Sequence record: NZ_CP072340.1
DNA length: 64,000 nucleotides
DNA from: a plasmid
Direction: 5' to 3' (one strand)
The notes beneath the pieces were generated by a model that worked only from the letters and a program-made list of their open reading frames with translations, did no database searches and had not been told where the DNA came from. How positions within the stretch are numbered: the stretch's first letter is position 1; every line of letters starts with the position of its first letter. Below, piece after piece: positions 1 through 9,839 of this stretch. The position numbers and the translations under genes were made by a program.

Positions 1-473
1 GCACCTTCATACTCATCGTCCTTTCCATTCTCGGTCCGATAGTCTTCGGCATTGCCGTATGGGATGGTCTTGCAGGCTCACTTACGGCATGGTTCTCACG
101 CTATATCTCTGTCTACCTGTGGCTGCCTGTCAGCTCTATCTTAACAGCTCTGCTCACCAAGATACAGGTGCTGATGGTACAGAAGGACATCGAGGCGCTC
201 AGCGATCCCAACTACCTGCCCGACGCGGGGACGTGGTACTACATCGTCTTCTTCCTTATCGGTATCGTGGGTTACTTCTGCGTTCCCACCGTTGCAGGCT
301 GGATTATCGAAGCAGGAGGCGGTATCGGCTCTTATGGTCGCAATGTCAATCAGGCTGCACAGCGCGGTGCACAAAGTGCCTACACGGGCGGACGATATGC
401 CGCAGCAGGTGCCGGGTCGGTCATCGGCAATGTCGGTGGACGTATCAAGGGTGCGCTGCTTAAAGGAAAATAG
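1..473 (+). CDS. traJ: Conjugative transposon protein TraJ, C-terminal part (5' end outside window)
   Basis: Frame of ORF 168..473 is open to window start; membrane segment plus Gly-rich tail typical of Bacteroides TraJ; followed by traK. Confidence 0.55.
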   Translation, partial: TFILIVLSILGPIVFGIAVWDGLAGSLTAWFSRYISVYLWLPVSSILTALLTKIQVLMVQKDIEALSDPNYLPDAGTWYYIVFFLIGIVGYFCVPTVAGWIIEAGGGIGSYGRNVNQAAQRGAQSAYTGGRYAAAGAGSVIGNVGGRIKGALLKGK

Positions 474-523
474 AAATCGAGCAACTATGCTTAATTCATC
501 AACAGATATAAAAGGAAAAAGAA

Positions 524-1147
524 ATGGAATTCAAATCACTTAACAATATCGAGAGCTCGTTCAAACAGATACGGCTCTATGCCTTTGTCTTTGCCATCGT
601 ATGCGTGGCGGTAAGCGGTTATGCCGTCTATGCCTCGTACAGCTTCGCTAAGGAGCAGCGGGAGAAAATCTATGTGCTTGACCAGGGAAAGTCGCTCATG
701 CTTGCCCTCAGTCAGGATGCAAGTCGTAATCGTCCCGTAGAGGCAAGGGAGCATGTACGTCGCTTCCATGAGCTGTTCTTCACCATTGCGCCTGACAAGG
801 ATGCCATTGAGAAGAACATGGAACGTGCCTTCGTGCTGTGTGACAAGTCGGCTTTCAACTATTACAAAGACTTGGCAGAGAAGGGCTATTATAACCGTGC
901 CATATCGGGTAATGTCAATCAGCGCATAGAGGTGGACTCTATCCACTGCAACTTCAATACTTACCCTTATGCGGTAACGACCTATGCAAGGGAGTTTATC
1001 GTCCGTCAGAGTAATGTTACAGAGCGCAGTCTTGTTACAACCTGCACGCTGCAGAACTCTGTCCGTTCGGATAACAACCCGCAAGGCTTCCTGATGGAGA
1101 ACTTCCTCGTCAAGGAGAACAGGGACATACAGACTTATAAACGGTAA
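524..1147 (+). CDS. traK: Conjugative transposon protein TraK
   Basis: 207 aa, N-terminal TM helix, position between traJ and traM, size/sequence typical of CTnDOT TraK. Confidence 0.75.
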   Translation: MEFKSLNNIESSFKQIRLYAFVFAIVCVAVSGYAVYASYSFAKEQREKIYVLDQGKSLMLALSQDASRNRPVEAREHVRRFHELFFTIAPDKDAIEKNMERAFVLCDKSAFNYYKDLAEKGYYNRAISGNVNQRIEVDSIHCNFNTYPYAVTTYAREFIVRQSNVTERSLVTTCTLQNSVRSDNNPQGFLMENFLVKENRDIQTYKR

Positions 1148-1151
1148 GGCT

Positions 1152-1454
1152 ATGGCAAGGAAAAGAAACTTTTTACGCTCACGTCACTATCTGTGCTTTC
1201 ACCTATGGCTCCGCCATCGGTGTGAAAGACTCACAATAAGGCAGAGAAAGGAAATCGTCTATGGGCTGAGCTTCATCTATCTGCTCTGCTCGCTTTGGAT
1301 GATAGCGCAGTTTTTCCTTCCTCCAAAGAAGGAAAAACTACCCATCCCCACGGGAAAGCTGACGGACAGTCCGATACGGACGGACAGCACTTTACAAGAG
1401 TTACACGGCAATTTTTACCTACAACATCATCAAACAATCAAAGAAAATGGATAA
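1152..1454 (+). CDS. TraL-like small protein (DUF3989-type)
   Basis: 100 aa ORF with TM segment between traK and traM; overlaps traM start by 8 nt (coupled). Confidence 0.45.
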   Translation: MARKRNFLRSRHYLCFHLWLRHRCERLTIRQRKEIVYGLSFIYLLCSLWMIAQFFLPPKKEKLPIPTGKLTDSPIRTDSTLQELHGNFYLQHHQTIKENG

Positions 1455-2718
1455 TAAACAGAAAGAACAAATGAAGAAAGGCTTGGTCTTCGGAGGACTG
1501 GGACTGTTGTTTGCCCTCTCGATGTGGTTTATCTTCGCCCCTTCGGGTAAGGATAAGACTGCAGCGGAGCAGGGACTCAATGACAGCATCCCGCAGGCAA
1601 CGACAGAAAAGCTCACCGAAAACAAGCTCAAAGCCTATGAATTAGGCGACAAGGCACACGAGGAGGAACAGACCCGCGAGGAGATGGGCAGGCTATCGGA
1701 CTATTTTGCACAGAACACTGCTCCATCAGAGGAGCAGCGTGCAGAGACAGCTGCTTCTACGGCAAAGATAGAAAGCTCCATGCATCGTTATGAGGAGAAC
1801 AATCGCCTCTTGAACTCCTTTTACGCTCCCGACCCACACGAGCAGGAGCGTGAAGCCCTGCGCTCGGAGATAGATAACCTTAAAAAGGAACTCTCCGCCA
1901 AAGACAGCAGGGAGGACAATGAAGAGAAACGGCAGCTTGCCTTGATGGAAAAGAGCTATCAGATGGCAGCGAGGTATCTTCCCAAGGCTTCTGCAGCTGT
2001 ACCATCTTTGGGTAATGACTTTACCGAGGGTAAAGGGCAAACGGCAACGAACAAAGGTCAGAGTATGGGCAGTAATATAAGCGGAGGTTCGGCCGACTTG
2101 CCTGCAATGGAAATCTTGGCGGAACGCAAACAAGTAGTGTCCTCACTGGGGCAGCCGATGAGCGACGCTGACTTCATCAAGGAGTATGGTACGAAAGCAC
2201 GCAACTTGGGCTTTCACTCGCTCGCAAGCACGGCTGCACCCACGATGCGCAACACACTCAAAGTGGTGGTGGACAGGACAACGACGCTCAAAGAGGGCGA
2301 TAATGTCGTGCTCCGTCTGCTTGAAAGTGCCAAAGTGCAGGGCTTGCGTATTCCACGACAGAGCCGACTGATAGCCGTCGCTAAGATAGAAGGTAACCGT
2401 ATGCACCTGCTTATAAAAAGCATAGAAGTGGACGCCCATATCATAGCCGTCAAGCTCTCTGCATATGACACAGACGGACAGGAGGGCGTGTATATACCAG
2501 GTTCGGAGGACATCAATGCGCTTAAGGAAGTTGGTGCGAACATCGGTGGTTCAATGGGAACATCCTTTACCTTCGCTTCCTCTGCCAAAGACCAGATTAT
2601 CTCAGAGGCTGCCCGTGGGGTGATGCAGGGCGCAAGTCAGCTGCTTCAAAAGAAGCTGCGTACCATCAAGGTAACGCTCAAGGGTGGCTACCGCCTTTTC
2701 TTGGTTCAGTCCAAATAA
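1447..2718 (+). CDS. traM: Conjugative transposon protein TraM
   Basis: 423 aa, N-terminal TM helix, coiled-coil/acidic middle, conserved C-terminal domain; synteny traK-traL-traM-traN. Confidence 0.8.
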   Translation: MDNKQKEQMKKGLVFGGLGLLFALSMWFIFAPSGKDKTAAEQGLNDSIPQATTEKLTENKLKAYELGDKAHEEEQTREEMGRLSDYFAQNTAPSEEQRAETAASTAKIESSMHRYEENNRLLNSFYAPDPHEQEREALRSEIDNLKKELSAKDSREDNEEKRQLALMEKSYQMAARYLPKASAAVPSLGNDFTEGKGQTATNKGQSMGSNISGGSADLPAMEILAERKQVVSSLGQPMSDADFIKEYGTKARNLGFHSLASTAAPTMRNTLKVVVDRTTTLKEGDNVVLRLLESAKVQGLRIPRQSRLIAVAKIEGNRMHLLIKSIEVDAHIIAVKLSAYDTDGQEGVYIPGSEDINALKEVGANIGGSMGTSFTFASSAKDQIISEAARGVMQGASQLLQKKLRTIKVTLKGGYRLFLVQSK

Positions 2719-2766
2719 AACAATCAAAAATGATAAGTAAAAAATAACATCAAAACAAAAGGAACA

Positions 2767-3717
2767 ATGAAGAAAATTATTTTATCAATGGCTATGCTTG
2801 CCATGGTGGGAGCAACAGCCACAGCACAGGAAAACAATGATGGTCTGACACCAAGCCGTCCGCTTACTTCGGGCGAACTCTTTCAAGGTATGAGCCGCGC
2901 TCTTCCAACGGGGCGTGTCGTACTGCCGTATGGTCTTGACGTTACCTTTGACAAGACCGTGCATCTTATCTTCCCTTCTGCCATCCGCTATGTAGACTTA
3001 GGTTCGCAGAACATCATTGCAGGGAAGGCGGAGGATGCTGAGAACGTACTGCGTGTAAAGGCTTCAGTGAAGGACTTTGAGACGGAGACCAATATGAGTG
3101 TCATCTGCGAGGACGGCTCATTTTACGCTTTTAATGTAAAATATGCCGATGAACCGGAAAAGTTAAGTATCGAGATGAAAGACTTTCTCTCTACAACAGA
3201 AGGCAGGCTGCCAAGCAATCGCTCTGACATTTACTTCAAGGAACTCGGTAATGAGTCGCCCGTATTAGTAAAGCTGATGATGCAGACCATCTATCAGAAT
3301 GACAGACGCAACATTAAGCACATTGGTGCACAGCAGTTCGGTATGAAGTTCCTGCTTCGTGGCTTGTATGCCCATAACGGCTTGCTGTATTTCCACACTC
3401 GAATGGAAAACGGCACGAATATGCCTTACTCGGTGGATTTTATCACCTTTAAGGTTGTAGATAAGAAGATGGCAAAGCGCACCGCTATACAGGAACAGGT
3501 ATTGCAGCCGCTTCGCGCCTATCATCAGGTGATGCAGGTGCGGGGTATGGGCAGTGAACACACTGTGTTTGCGTTCGAGCAGTTCTCTCTTGCAGAAGAC
3601 AAGCAGCTTGAAGTGACACTCTATGAGAGAAATGGCGGTCGTATGCTGACCTTCCATGTAACGGCAGAAGACCTGCAACTGGCAAAAAAGATTGATAACC
3701 TCAAACTGAAATGGTAG
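2767..3717 (+). CDS. traN: Conjugative transposon protein TraN (signal peptide)
   Basis: 316 aa with signal peptide MKKIILSMAMLAMVGATATAQ; synteny. Confidence 0.8.
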   Translation: MKKIILSMAMLAMVGATATAQENNDGLTPSRPLTSGELFQGMSRALPTGRVVLPYGLDVTFDKTVHLIFPSAIRYVDLGSQNIIAGKAEDAENVLRVKASVKDFETETNMSVICEDGSFYAFNVKYADEPEKLSIEMKDFLSTTEGRLPSNRSDIYFKELGNESPVLVKLMMQTIYQNDRRNIKHIGAQQFGMKFLLRGLYAHNGLLYFHTRMENGTNMPYSVDFITFKVVDKKMAKRTAIQEQVLQPLRAYHQVMQVRGMGSEHTVFAFEQFSLAEDKQLEVTLYERNGGRMLTFHVTAEDLQLAKKIDNLKLKW

Positions 3718-3722
3718 ACATT

Positions 3723-4304
3723 ATGAAGAAGAAAATCATTTTATCGGTTTGTGCAGCGGTGGCAATGGCTTTTAGCTTGCCATCGCAGGCACAGCGACTG
3801 ATACCCAAGCAAAGGGGCGTAGAGGTCGTAGGGAGTGTTCCGCTTATCAAGGGTGAGAAACTCTTTACAGGTGATAATTTCGGTGTAGGCATATCGCTAA
3901 CCCGTTATCTCAAAAAGGAGAACTACACCTTTGTGGGAGTTGAGTATGAACAGCAGAATATGCCGTACAGAGATTATAACGTAAAACTCAAGGATGCACT
4001 CTTACAGGTGGGCTATATGCTCCCTGTTCTCTCCGACAGAGGTAAGAACGTGTTTCTCTATGGTGGCATATCCGCCTTGGGTGGCTATGAGCAGCTGAAC
4101 GAGGACAAGAAGCTGCTGCCCGATGGGGCGACACTGCTCGACCGTTCCCGCTTTGTCTATGGCGGTGCCGTGCATGGCTCGGTGGAAGTATTTCTAACGG
4201 ACAGGGTTCTCTTTCTTGTCAAAGCGCAGGGACGTTTCCTCTTTGGAACGGACGTGCATCGTTTTCGTCCGGCTGTTTCTGCAGGACTAAGGTTTAACTT
4301 TTAA
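3723..4304 (+). CDS. traO: Conjugal transfer protein TraO (signal peptide, beta-barrel-like)
   Basis: Start at MKKKIIL (3723); signal peptide ...SLPSQAQ; C-terminal F; follows traN. Confidence 0.7.
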   Translation: MKKKIILSVCAAVAMAFSLPSQAQRLIPKQRGVEVVGSVPLIKGEKLFTGDNFGVGISLTRYLKKENYTFVGVEYEQQNMPYRDYNVKLKDALLQVGYMLPVLSDRGKNVFLYGGISALGGYEQLNEDKKLLPDGATLLDRSRFVYGGAVHGSVEVFLTDRVLFLVKAQGRFLFGTDVHRFRPAVSAGLRFNF

Positions 4305-4316
4305 GTAGAAGAAAAG

Positions 4317-4775
4317 ATGAAGAAAATATTGAATACGATTTGGGTAATGGGCGTGCTGACCCATGCCGTGTTTTGCCTATCTGCTTGTGATAGGGATTTG
4401 GATGTTCAGCAGTCTTATCCGTTTACGGTGGAGACAATGCCGGTTCAGAAAGACATCATAAGGGGGCAGACGGCTGAGATACGCTGCACGCTCAAACGAG
4501 GTGGTGAGTTTGCCGACACTCGCTATACGATACGTTATTTCCAGTCTGACGGCAAGGGGTTGCTAAAAAATGATAACGGCACGGTTTTCAAACCTAACGA
4601 CCGCTATCCGCTAACAAAAGATGTGTTCCGCTTATACTATACCTCGCTCTCAGCTGACCGCCAGACGATTGATGTCTATGTGGAGGATAGTTTTGGGAAA
4701 GTTCAACAGCTGACCTTTAGTTTCAACAACGAGCGAGAAGAGGGCAAGGATAAGCCTGCATCTTCTCGTCACTAA
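4317..4775 (+). CDS. DUF3872-family lipoprotein (TraQ-like) of conjugative transposons
   Basis: Lipobox LSAC after signal peptide; conserved position after traO. Confidence 0.55.
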   Translation: MKKILNTIWVMGVLTHAVFCLSACDRDLDVQQSYPFTVETMPVQKDIIRGQTAEIRCTLKRGGEFADTRYTIRYFQSDGKGLLKNDNGTVFKPNDRYPLTKDVFRLYYTSLSADRQTIDVYVEDSFGKVQQLTFSFNNEREEGKDKPASSRH

Positions 4776-4783
4776 GAACAAAA

Positions 4784-5293
4784 TTGATGCGAACGATAAA
4801 TTCTTTCATTTTACTTTGTGTATTCTGCCTGTTCTGTCAGCCGACCCTTGCCCAGCGCAGGGTGCGGCTGGCAGACTTGCCTCCTTTTGAGCGTGCAGTA
4901 GTTGTTGTAAAATACTTTGAGGGCATGCACAGCTGGAAGAATTACCCGTATGTTGGATATGGGCATCAGCTGCAACGGGGAGAGCGTTTCACAGCGGATA
5001 TGACGGAACGGCAGGCAGACTCCCTGCTCCGTGCCGACCTTTGGAAATGCTTTGAACACTTCAAAGGCTATGGCAAGGATGCGCTACTACTGACCTTGCT
5101 TGCCTACAATGTGGGTGTGGGGCGATTGCTTGGTTATGGTAAGCACTCCAAGAGTAGGCTGCTACGAAAGATAGAAGCTGGAGATAGAAACTTCTATTGG
5201 GAGTATGTTTCGTTCTGCCGATATAAGGGAAAAGTTTTGAGAGGGTTGGTCAGGCGCAGACAGGTGGAGTTAGCCCTGTTCTTTCTTCCTTAG
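4784..5293 (+). CDS. Lysozyme-like peptidoglycan hydrolase (GH24/phage-lysozyme fold) of the T4SS
   Basis: Signal peptide; YFEGMHSWKNYPYVGYGHQ...ERFTADMTERQAD motif resembling lysozyme catalytic region; conserved position after traQ-like gene. Confidence 0.55.
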   Translation: MMRTINSFILLCVFCLFCQPTLAQRRVRLADLPPFERAVVVVKYFEGMHSWKNYPYVGYGHQLQRGERFTADMTERQADSLLRADLWKCFEHFKGYGKDALLLTLLAYNVGVGRLLGYGKHSKSRLLRKIEAGDRNFYWEYVSFCRYKGKVLRGLVRRRQVELALFFLP

Positions 5294-5372
5294 CAAATAT
5301 GAAATATGATGGATTTGTTGATTATCAAGAAGTTTTGTTAAATAATAAATTGTTATCTTCGCTATAATTGTG

Positions 5373-5380
5373 TATCTTTG
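5373..5380 (+). promoter_or_regulatory. Bacteroides-type -7 promoter box TATCTTTG (TAnnTTTG) upstream of cargo gene
   Basis: Exact TAnnTTTG match 27 nt upstream of ATG 5407 in AT-rich spacer. Confidence 0.4.
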
Positions 5381-5406
5381 CAAAGTTTTTCATTATTAAA
5401 TTTATT

Positions 5407-5757
5407 ATGCTTATAGGGGACAACATAACGATACGAACGGTACATGGACTTGAGGATATTGATATGCAAAAAATAAGAGCATTCCTGCAAGGAGCTGTGT
5501 ATTCTTGGTGTATCACTCGCAAAAACGAATGGTTTTGTGCCAGAGATTTTATAGGAGGGGATAATTATTATTGGGAGCACTATCCATTAGGTGTCTTGTA
5601 TTTCCGCCATATAAATGCGGGGTATGGTCATGAATATGCCTTTGATCAAGCTGCCAAGGACGCAGGTAAAATATTGAAAGGTGTTCTACAAGATGACAAT
5701 CGAGTGTTTGAAACCGAAGGTGGATATACGCGTCGTTATCGTTGGAAGAATCAATAA
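5407..5757 (+). CDS. Hypothetical cargo protein (116 aa, no recognisable domain)
   Basis: ORF with own promoter box; ATG at 5407 (track ORF 5368 starts with TTG inside promoter). Confidence 0.4.
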   Translation: MLIGDNITIRTVHGLEDIDMQKIRAFLQGAVYSWCITRKNEWFCARDFIGGDNYYWEHYPLGVLYFRHINAGYGHEYAFDQAAKDAGKILKGVLQDDNRVFETEGGYTRRYRWKNQ

Positions 5758-5777
5758 ATATTTCTCTTAGATATAAC

Positions 5778-5890
<113 letters not shown>

Positions 5891-6180
5891 CATTAAACAG
5901 GCTCGGGACGTAAAGCCAATAACGGTAGGGTCTTTTATTTAACAAATTATTTACATATGAATACAAATAATGTTTTCAGAAAGTAGGTGATTGACTTAAG
6001 TAAAAAACTTAGTCAATCCCTCAAAAGGTTTATAACCAACAAGAAAGTTATGATTATATTTACAAATATAATTCCGCTGATTATTGGTTTGATAAATCTG
6101 AAAGCCAGTATAATAGTTACTGCTATTATAATGTGTTATTAGCTGTATAACAGCAAGAATGGAACGGATTAAGTTTCCGG

Positions 6181-6212
6181 GGGTGGAGCAACGTGTTTGC
6201 TCCACTTTTTTT
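6181..6212 (+). terminator. Rho-independent terminator (GTGGAGCA-loop-TGCTCCAC + T7)
   Basis: 8-bp GC-rich stem, 7-nt loop, TTTTTTT tail. Confidence 0.55.
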
Positions 6213-6294
6213 GAGATATTAGTTACATGGCTTTTCTGCGACTTTCTTTTGCTTCTTTTCTTTGGTCGCCTACTCGTTCAAAGAGAAAGAAAAG

Positions 6295-6324
6295 AAGCCA
6301 CGCAAATTTCGGCTTGCGTGGCTT
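6295..6324 (-). terminator. Rho-independent terminator for the minus-strand small-gene pair
   Basis: Perfect 11-bp stem AAGCCACGCAA/TTGCGTGGCTT, T-rich tract on minus strand. Confidence 0.5.
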
Positions 6325-6330
6325 TTACTA

Positions 6331-6576
6331 TTATTCAGAAAGATATTTTTGCACTTTCGTTATTCTACTTATTCGTTTGTTGGGATGTCTGTCAAAAGCC
6401 CAATTTATTTCATCATCGGGCAAAGTGCAGTGAATGCTTCCACCCATGACTAGCCCACAATTTTGCAGGACTTTCTGCCGTGCTTCCTCCTTGCTCCCCG
6501 CAACCACATCAAACACTCCATCGAAGATGTATTGCGTTCGAACTCTATAAACCTTCTTCATAATCTTAAAATTCAA
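6331..6576 (-). CDS. Hypothetical small protein (81 aa), translationally coupled to upstream gene
   Basis: Overlaps 6566..6820 by 11 nt; followed by terminator. Confidence 0.4.
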   Translation of the reverse strand: MNFKIMKKVYRVRTQYIFDGVFDVVAGSKEEARQKVLQNCGLVMGGSIHCTLPDDEINWAFDRHPNKRISRITKVQKYLSE

Positions 6577-6820
6577 CCTTTAATAATCTGTATTCTTTTG
6601 GCTCTCCATTGGACAGTCTGCGGTGTTTAAGCCAAAAGTGATGTGCGCCATAGCCGTATGCAAAGAACTTATCAAGCTCTGTTTCTTCAGCTATTTTGTT
6701 GATAGCTGACCTTAACTCCTCTTTGCTGTCGGATAGGGTTATTGCGTTGATAACCCTAATGAGAATATGCGGTATCTCATCCGTCCAATTGTAGATAATG
6801 TTTTCAATCTCTGTTTTCAT
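6566..6820 (-). CDS. Hypothetical small protein (84 aa)
   Basis: ORF immediately downstream of PcfJ-like gene, same strand. Confidence 0.4.
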   Translation of the reverse strand: MKTEIENIIYNWTDEIPHILIRVINAITLSDSKEELRSAINKIAEETELDKFFAYGYGAHHFWLKHRRLSNGEPKEYRLLKVEF

Positions 6821-6847
6821 ATCTCTGATAATTTAATGGTTCATACT

Positions 6848-8137
6848 TTATGCCGTTGCTTTCATTCTTCGGCTTATAAGTCCTCGATTGGCATTAACAA
6901 GGTTTACTATCTGCTCGTGGTATTCTGTGTTCTTGTTGCACACCCCACGACTTTGCACCACTTCCAAAGTTCGTAATGATACTTCAATGGTCTCTATTCG
7001 CTTGCCTTCAATGGTAGCCGAAAGGATAAGGGAGTCCTCCTTGAGATAATATGCATTAGAGAATACGCAATGGTGCATTGATACACCTTCTTCCAAATGC
7101 TCCTGCACGCTCTCTAATACGTGGACTTGGATTGTGCCATCCGTGAAACAAATACCGAAAAACTTGGATTTGAGTTCCTTGAAACGCTTTTCATCTTCCA
7201 TTGCCTTCTGCTGCTTCTGTTCTATCTCCTCCCTTTCACGCAATCTGAGAAGTTCCTCGTGTCTGCGGTCATGTTCGGCTTTAAGGTCTGTTGGGCATAA
7301 ATATTTTGGATTATGAATATCCTTTCCTAATCTTCTAAGTGTATCTACATAATCACACCAAAGGGAAATGTCTGCTATCTCATAGCCATTACGGACTGCT
7401 ATCTTGTAGGACTGCCATAGTTCCTCAAAAGTCCTCTTGTTGCCAAGAAAGTAACGTAAATGGTCTGTGCGACCTGCCTTTAGCAATGTTTCCACACGGC
7501 TGTCTGTAAGCAATGCAGGAATAAGCTGGGTAGGCACGATGCCATAGAAATTATCCTTAAAACCATTTCTACGAAGTATATCTGTAACCTTGAACTTCGG
7601 ATATATCGGTGAGTAGGCAATATGCTGATAGGCTTCATTATCGTTGCGTATCGCCATAGGACTATAATAGGAAAAGGTATCAACATAGTGTCCCAATACC
7701 CTCTGTATGGCAACCACAACTTTTCGTCCCTGCATATTCCACCAATATTGCCCAATCTCAATTATAGAAGTCTGTGCTTTGTAACCTTTCTCCATACCCA
7801 CAACAAGTAGGAACATACGCAATACTTGAAACTCTCCACAAGTGGTAAGTATGGTGAAATACTGCTTCTGCTGCAACTTGCGCTCATAGGTTTCTTTGAC
7901 CTGCAACTTTGCCCTGCAATGAGGGCAAGTGCAAGTTTTTCTATGTTTGTTCATTACCCAACTATGCCCACAATCCATACAAGTAGTGCGACCTTTTGGC
8001 AAGCGGTAGGCGAAGTGGTCTATGCACTCACGGAATGCCCATTTGCTTTGTGTTGTGGTTATCGGGCGAAGATGCTTGCTTTGTTCCAAAACTGCCTTTT
8101 CAAATTTGTTTCTCGGTTTCATAGGCTTAAAAATCAA
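6848..8137 (-). CDS. PcfJ-like protein (conjugative element accessory protein)
   Basis: 429 aa; Cys-rich N-terminus (CMDCGHSW...CTCPHCRAK), typical PcfJ-domain architecture; paired with PcfK-like gene. Confidence 0.65.
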   Translation of the reverse strand: MIFKPMKPRNKFEKAVLEQSKHLRPITTTQSKWAFRECIDHFAYRLPKGRTTCMDCGHSWVMNKHRKTCTCPHCRAKLQVKETYERKLQQKQYFTILTTCGEFQVLRMFLLVVGMEKGYKAQTSIIEIGQYWWNMQGRKVVVAIQRVLGHYVDTFSYYSPMAIRNDNEAYQHIAYSPIYPKFKVTDILRRNGFKDNFYGIVPTQLIPALLTDSRVETLLKAGRTDHLRYFLGNKRTFEELWQSYKIAVRNGYEIADISLWCDYVDTLRRLGKDIHNPKYLCPTDLKAEHDRRHEELLRLREREEIEQKQQKAMEDEKRFKELKSKFFGICFTDGTIQVHVLESVQEHLEEGVSMHHCVFSNAYYLKEDSLILSATIEGKRIETIEVSLRTLEVVQSRGVCNKNTEYHEQIVNLVNANRGLISRRMKATA

Positions 8138-8546
8138 ATAATGATGGTTGTACTTGGGTTGCTATGTTCTCGGTCTTTTTCACTCGTGCGTTACGGCTCT
8201 GTATCTTGGCAAGTTCCTCACGCTGATATTGCTTAATGGCTTCCTGCCTTGCTTCGGCTTTTTCTTCCTCTGTGAGTTCTACAATGTGATTAACGGCTAC
8301 TTGGCAGGAAACAGACTTACCTACTTCTATATCGTCCTCATCGTAGTAGTGAACAGCCATAGAGAAGATTTCATCATCATCAAAGCCGTTGCAACCGCTT
8401 TTCTGCACTTCATTAAGAATGTAGGTGATGCACTCCTCGATATTCTTGTTCGGTTTCATCAAGTTAGGGGCAAACAAAGGGTCTGTCATAGCACGCTGAT
8501 TGAGATACTCGGCTATTGTCCGTGTGAAATGTTCTGTTCCTTTCAT
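8127..8546 (-). CDS. PcfK-like protein
   Basis: 139 aa acidic protein, overlaps PcfJ start by 11 nt as in other Bacteroidales CTns. Confidence 0.65.
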   Translation of the reverse strand: MKGTEHFTRTIAEYLNQRAMTDPLFAPNLMKPNKNIEECITYILNEVQKSGCNGFDDDEIFSMAVHYYDEDDIEVGKSVSCQVAVNHIVELTEEEKAEARQEAIKQYQREELAKIQSRNARVKKTENIATQVQPSLFDF

Positions 8547-8568
8547 TGTCGTATATGTTTTGATGTTG

Positions 8569-9000
8569 TTAATACTTGGGAATTTCTACTATTTGATTGA
8601 TGCGTCCATACAGGTAGGCTCTTAGGCTTGTTCTGTCGGGTGCATAATACTCTGTCCATTGTCCGTACTGATTGACAAGATATTTCTTCAGTACATCAAA
8701 GAAGTCAAAGCGATAGCCTTGCAGTGGAACGGCTGTTCGGAAATAGGTGTTTGAGTTCACCGCTTCACATAGCCAATTCTTTTCCTCACGGCTCATACAC
8801 TCACCACGATTGAGTTCCACACGTAGGAGATATACTTTGCTGTTACAAAGGTTCTCCAAAGGGGGGACGTCCCATTGTACAAACTTAATTGCCAACACTT
8901 GCTCACTTTTTTCAGCCGTAGGGTTAATGCGGTAATGAGAGGAGGAGCTATATCCTTTTCTGTTCATCGAAGATGTTGTATTTACTTTTTGCTTATCCAT
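8569..9000 (-). CDS. Hypothetical protein of conjugative element (143 aa from MDKQK)
   Basis: ATG at 9000; track ORF extends further upstream but N-terminal 55 aa look non-coding. Confidence 0.4.
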   Translation of the reverse strand: MDKQKVNTTSSMNRKGYSSSSHYRINPTAEKSEQVLAIKFVQWDVPPLENLCNSKVYLLRVELNRGECMSREEKNWLCEAVNSNTYFRTAVPLQGYRFDFFDVLKKYLVNQYGQWTEYYAPDRTSLRAYLYGRINQIVEIPKY

Positions 9001-9352
9001 AGCGACATTTTTTTTATGCGTCCAAAGATCGGAGTATGCTGATTCCTTTTTGTAGCAAAATAGAGGTAGCGGGGCGGGCTTGCACAAGGTTTTGGCGGAA
9101 AATACTACCCGTAGGTGTGGAGATTTTCCAGACAAACCAAGCGGCATAGACCTTTTGAAAGCCACAAGCCCCGTACTACCTTTGCGGATAAAAAGGGAAC
9201 AGCATCCGTCTTCTTGTCATCGCATATCGTGGAGCATTGGAAAAGAAGCAAAAGTGCAACGCCTGTAGTGGAAAATAGAAAAGGTGGCTATCTCAAAATG
9301 CGAGATAACCACCTGATGAAATAACATGAAAGGTTTTACAGAGCCGTGCTTC

Positions 9353-9700
9353 TCAAAGCACGCATAGCAGGATGGCACAGAGAATAGCCAACCAAAATAG
9401 AATGCTCAGCAGCGCAAATGTTACTTTTAGAATTACCCTGACTATAAAGCGTAGTACCAGAAAACCTGCAATGACTGACACGACAGTTACGACTTGTGGC
9501 GTTACTATCTTCGAGATAAGCCAAATGACACCGATAACGACGGAAAGCAGGATAGTGAGTTCGATGAAGCGTGTCCAACCGAAGCGGCGGACTTGCTTGG
9601 GAGAAGTCGGCTGCTGCTTGATATTATCGGTTTTGTTCGATGCGTCTGCCTTGATGAAGGCAGGTGTGTGAACGTCTTGATTCATGATGATTGTATTCAT
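9353..9700 (-). CDS. Hypothetical membrane protein (2-3 TM)
   Basis: Hydrophobic C-terminal two thirds; in integrase-led operon. Confidence 0.35.
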   Translation of the reverse strand: MNTIIMNQDVHTPAFIKADASNKTDNIKQQPTSPKQVRRFGWTRFIELTILLSVVIGVIWLISKIVTPQVVTVVSVIAGFLVLRFIVRVILKVTFALLSILFWLAILCAILLCVL

Positions 9701-9839
9701 ATCGGAGCTTTTAATAGTTCAAGAGCAATAACAAGATGCGCAGGCTACACAAAGACAAGTGTTAGTATAAACTCTTGGCATGTGGAGCGGAGCGTTTATC
9801 TTGGCTCTTGACACTACAAAAGCTTCCGATGGTATTACA

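Noticed and set aside
59-463. 134-aa + strand ORF overlapping the TraJ C-terminal frame
   Set aside because: Arg/Cys-rich, low-complexity translation; the alternative frame (168..473, open to window start) gives a coherent TraJ-like membrane and Gly-rich sequence followed by traK.
5900-6180. Possible small RNA in the AT-rich gap between the 5S gene and the 6181 terminator
   Set aside because: Only a weak hairpin (GATTGACTTAAG..CTTAGTCAATC) and no promoter box; insufficient evidence without expression data.
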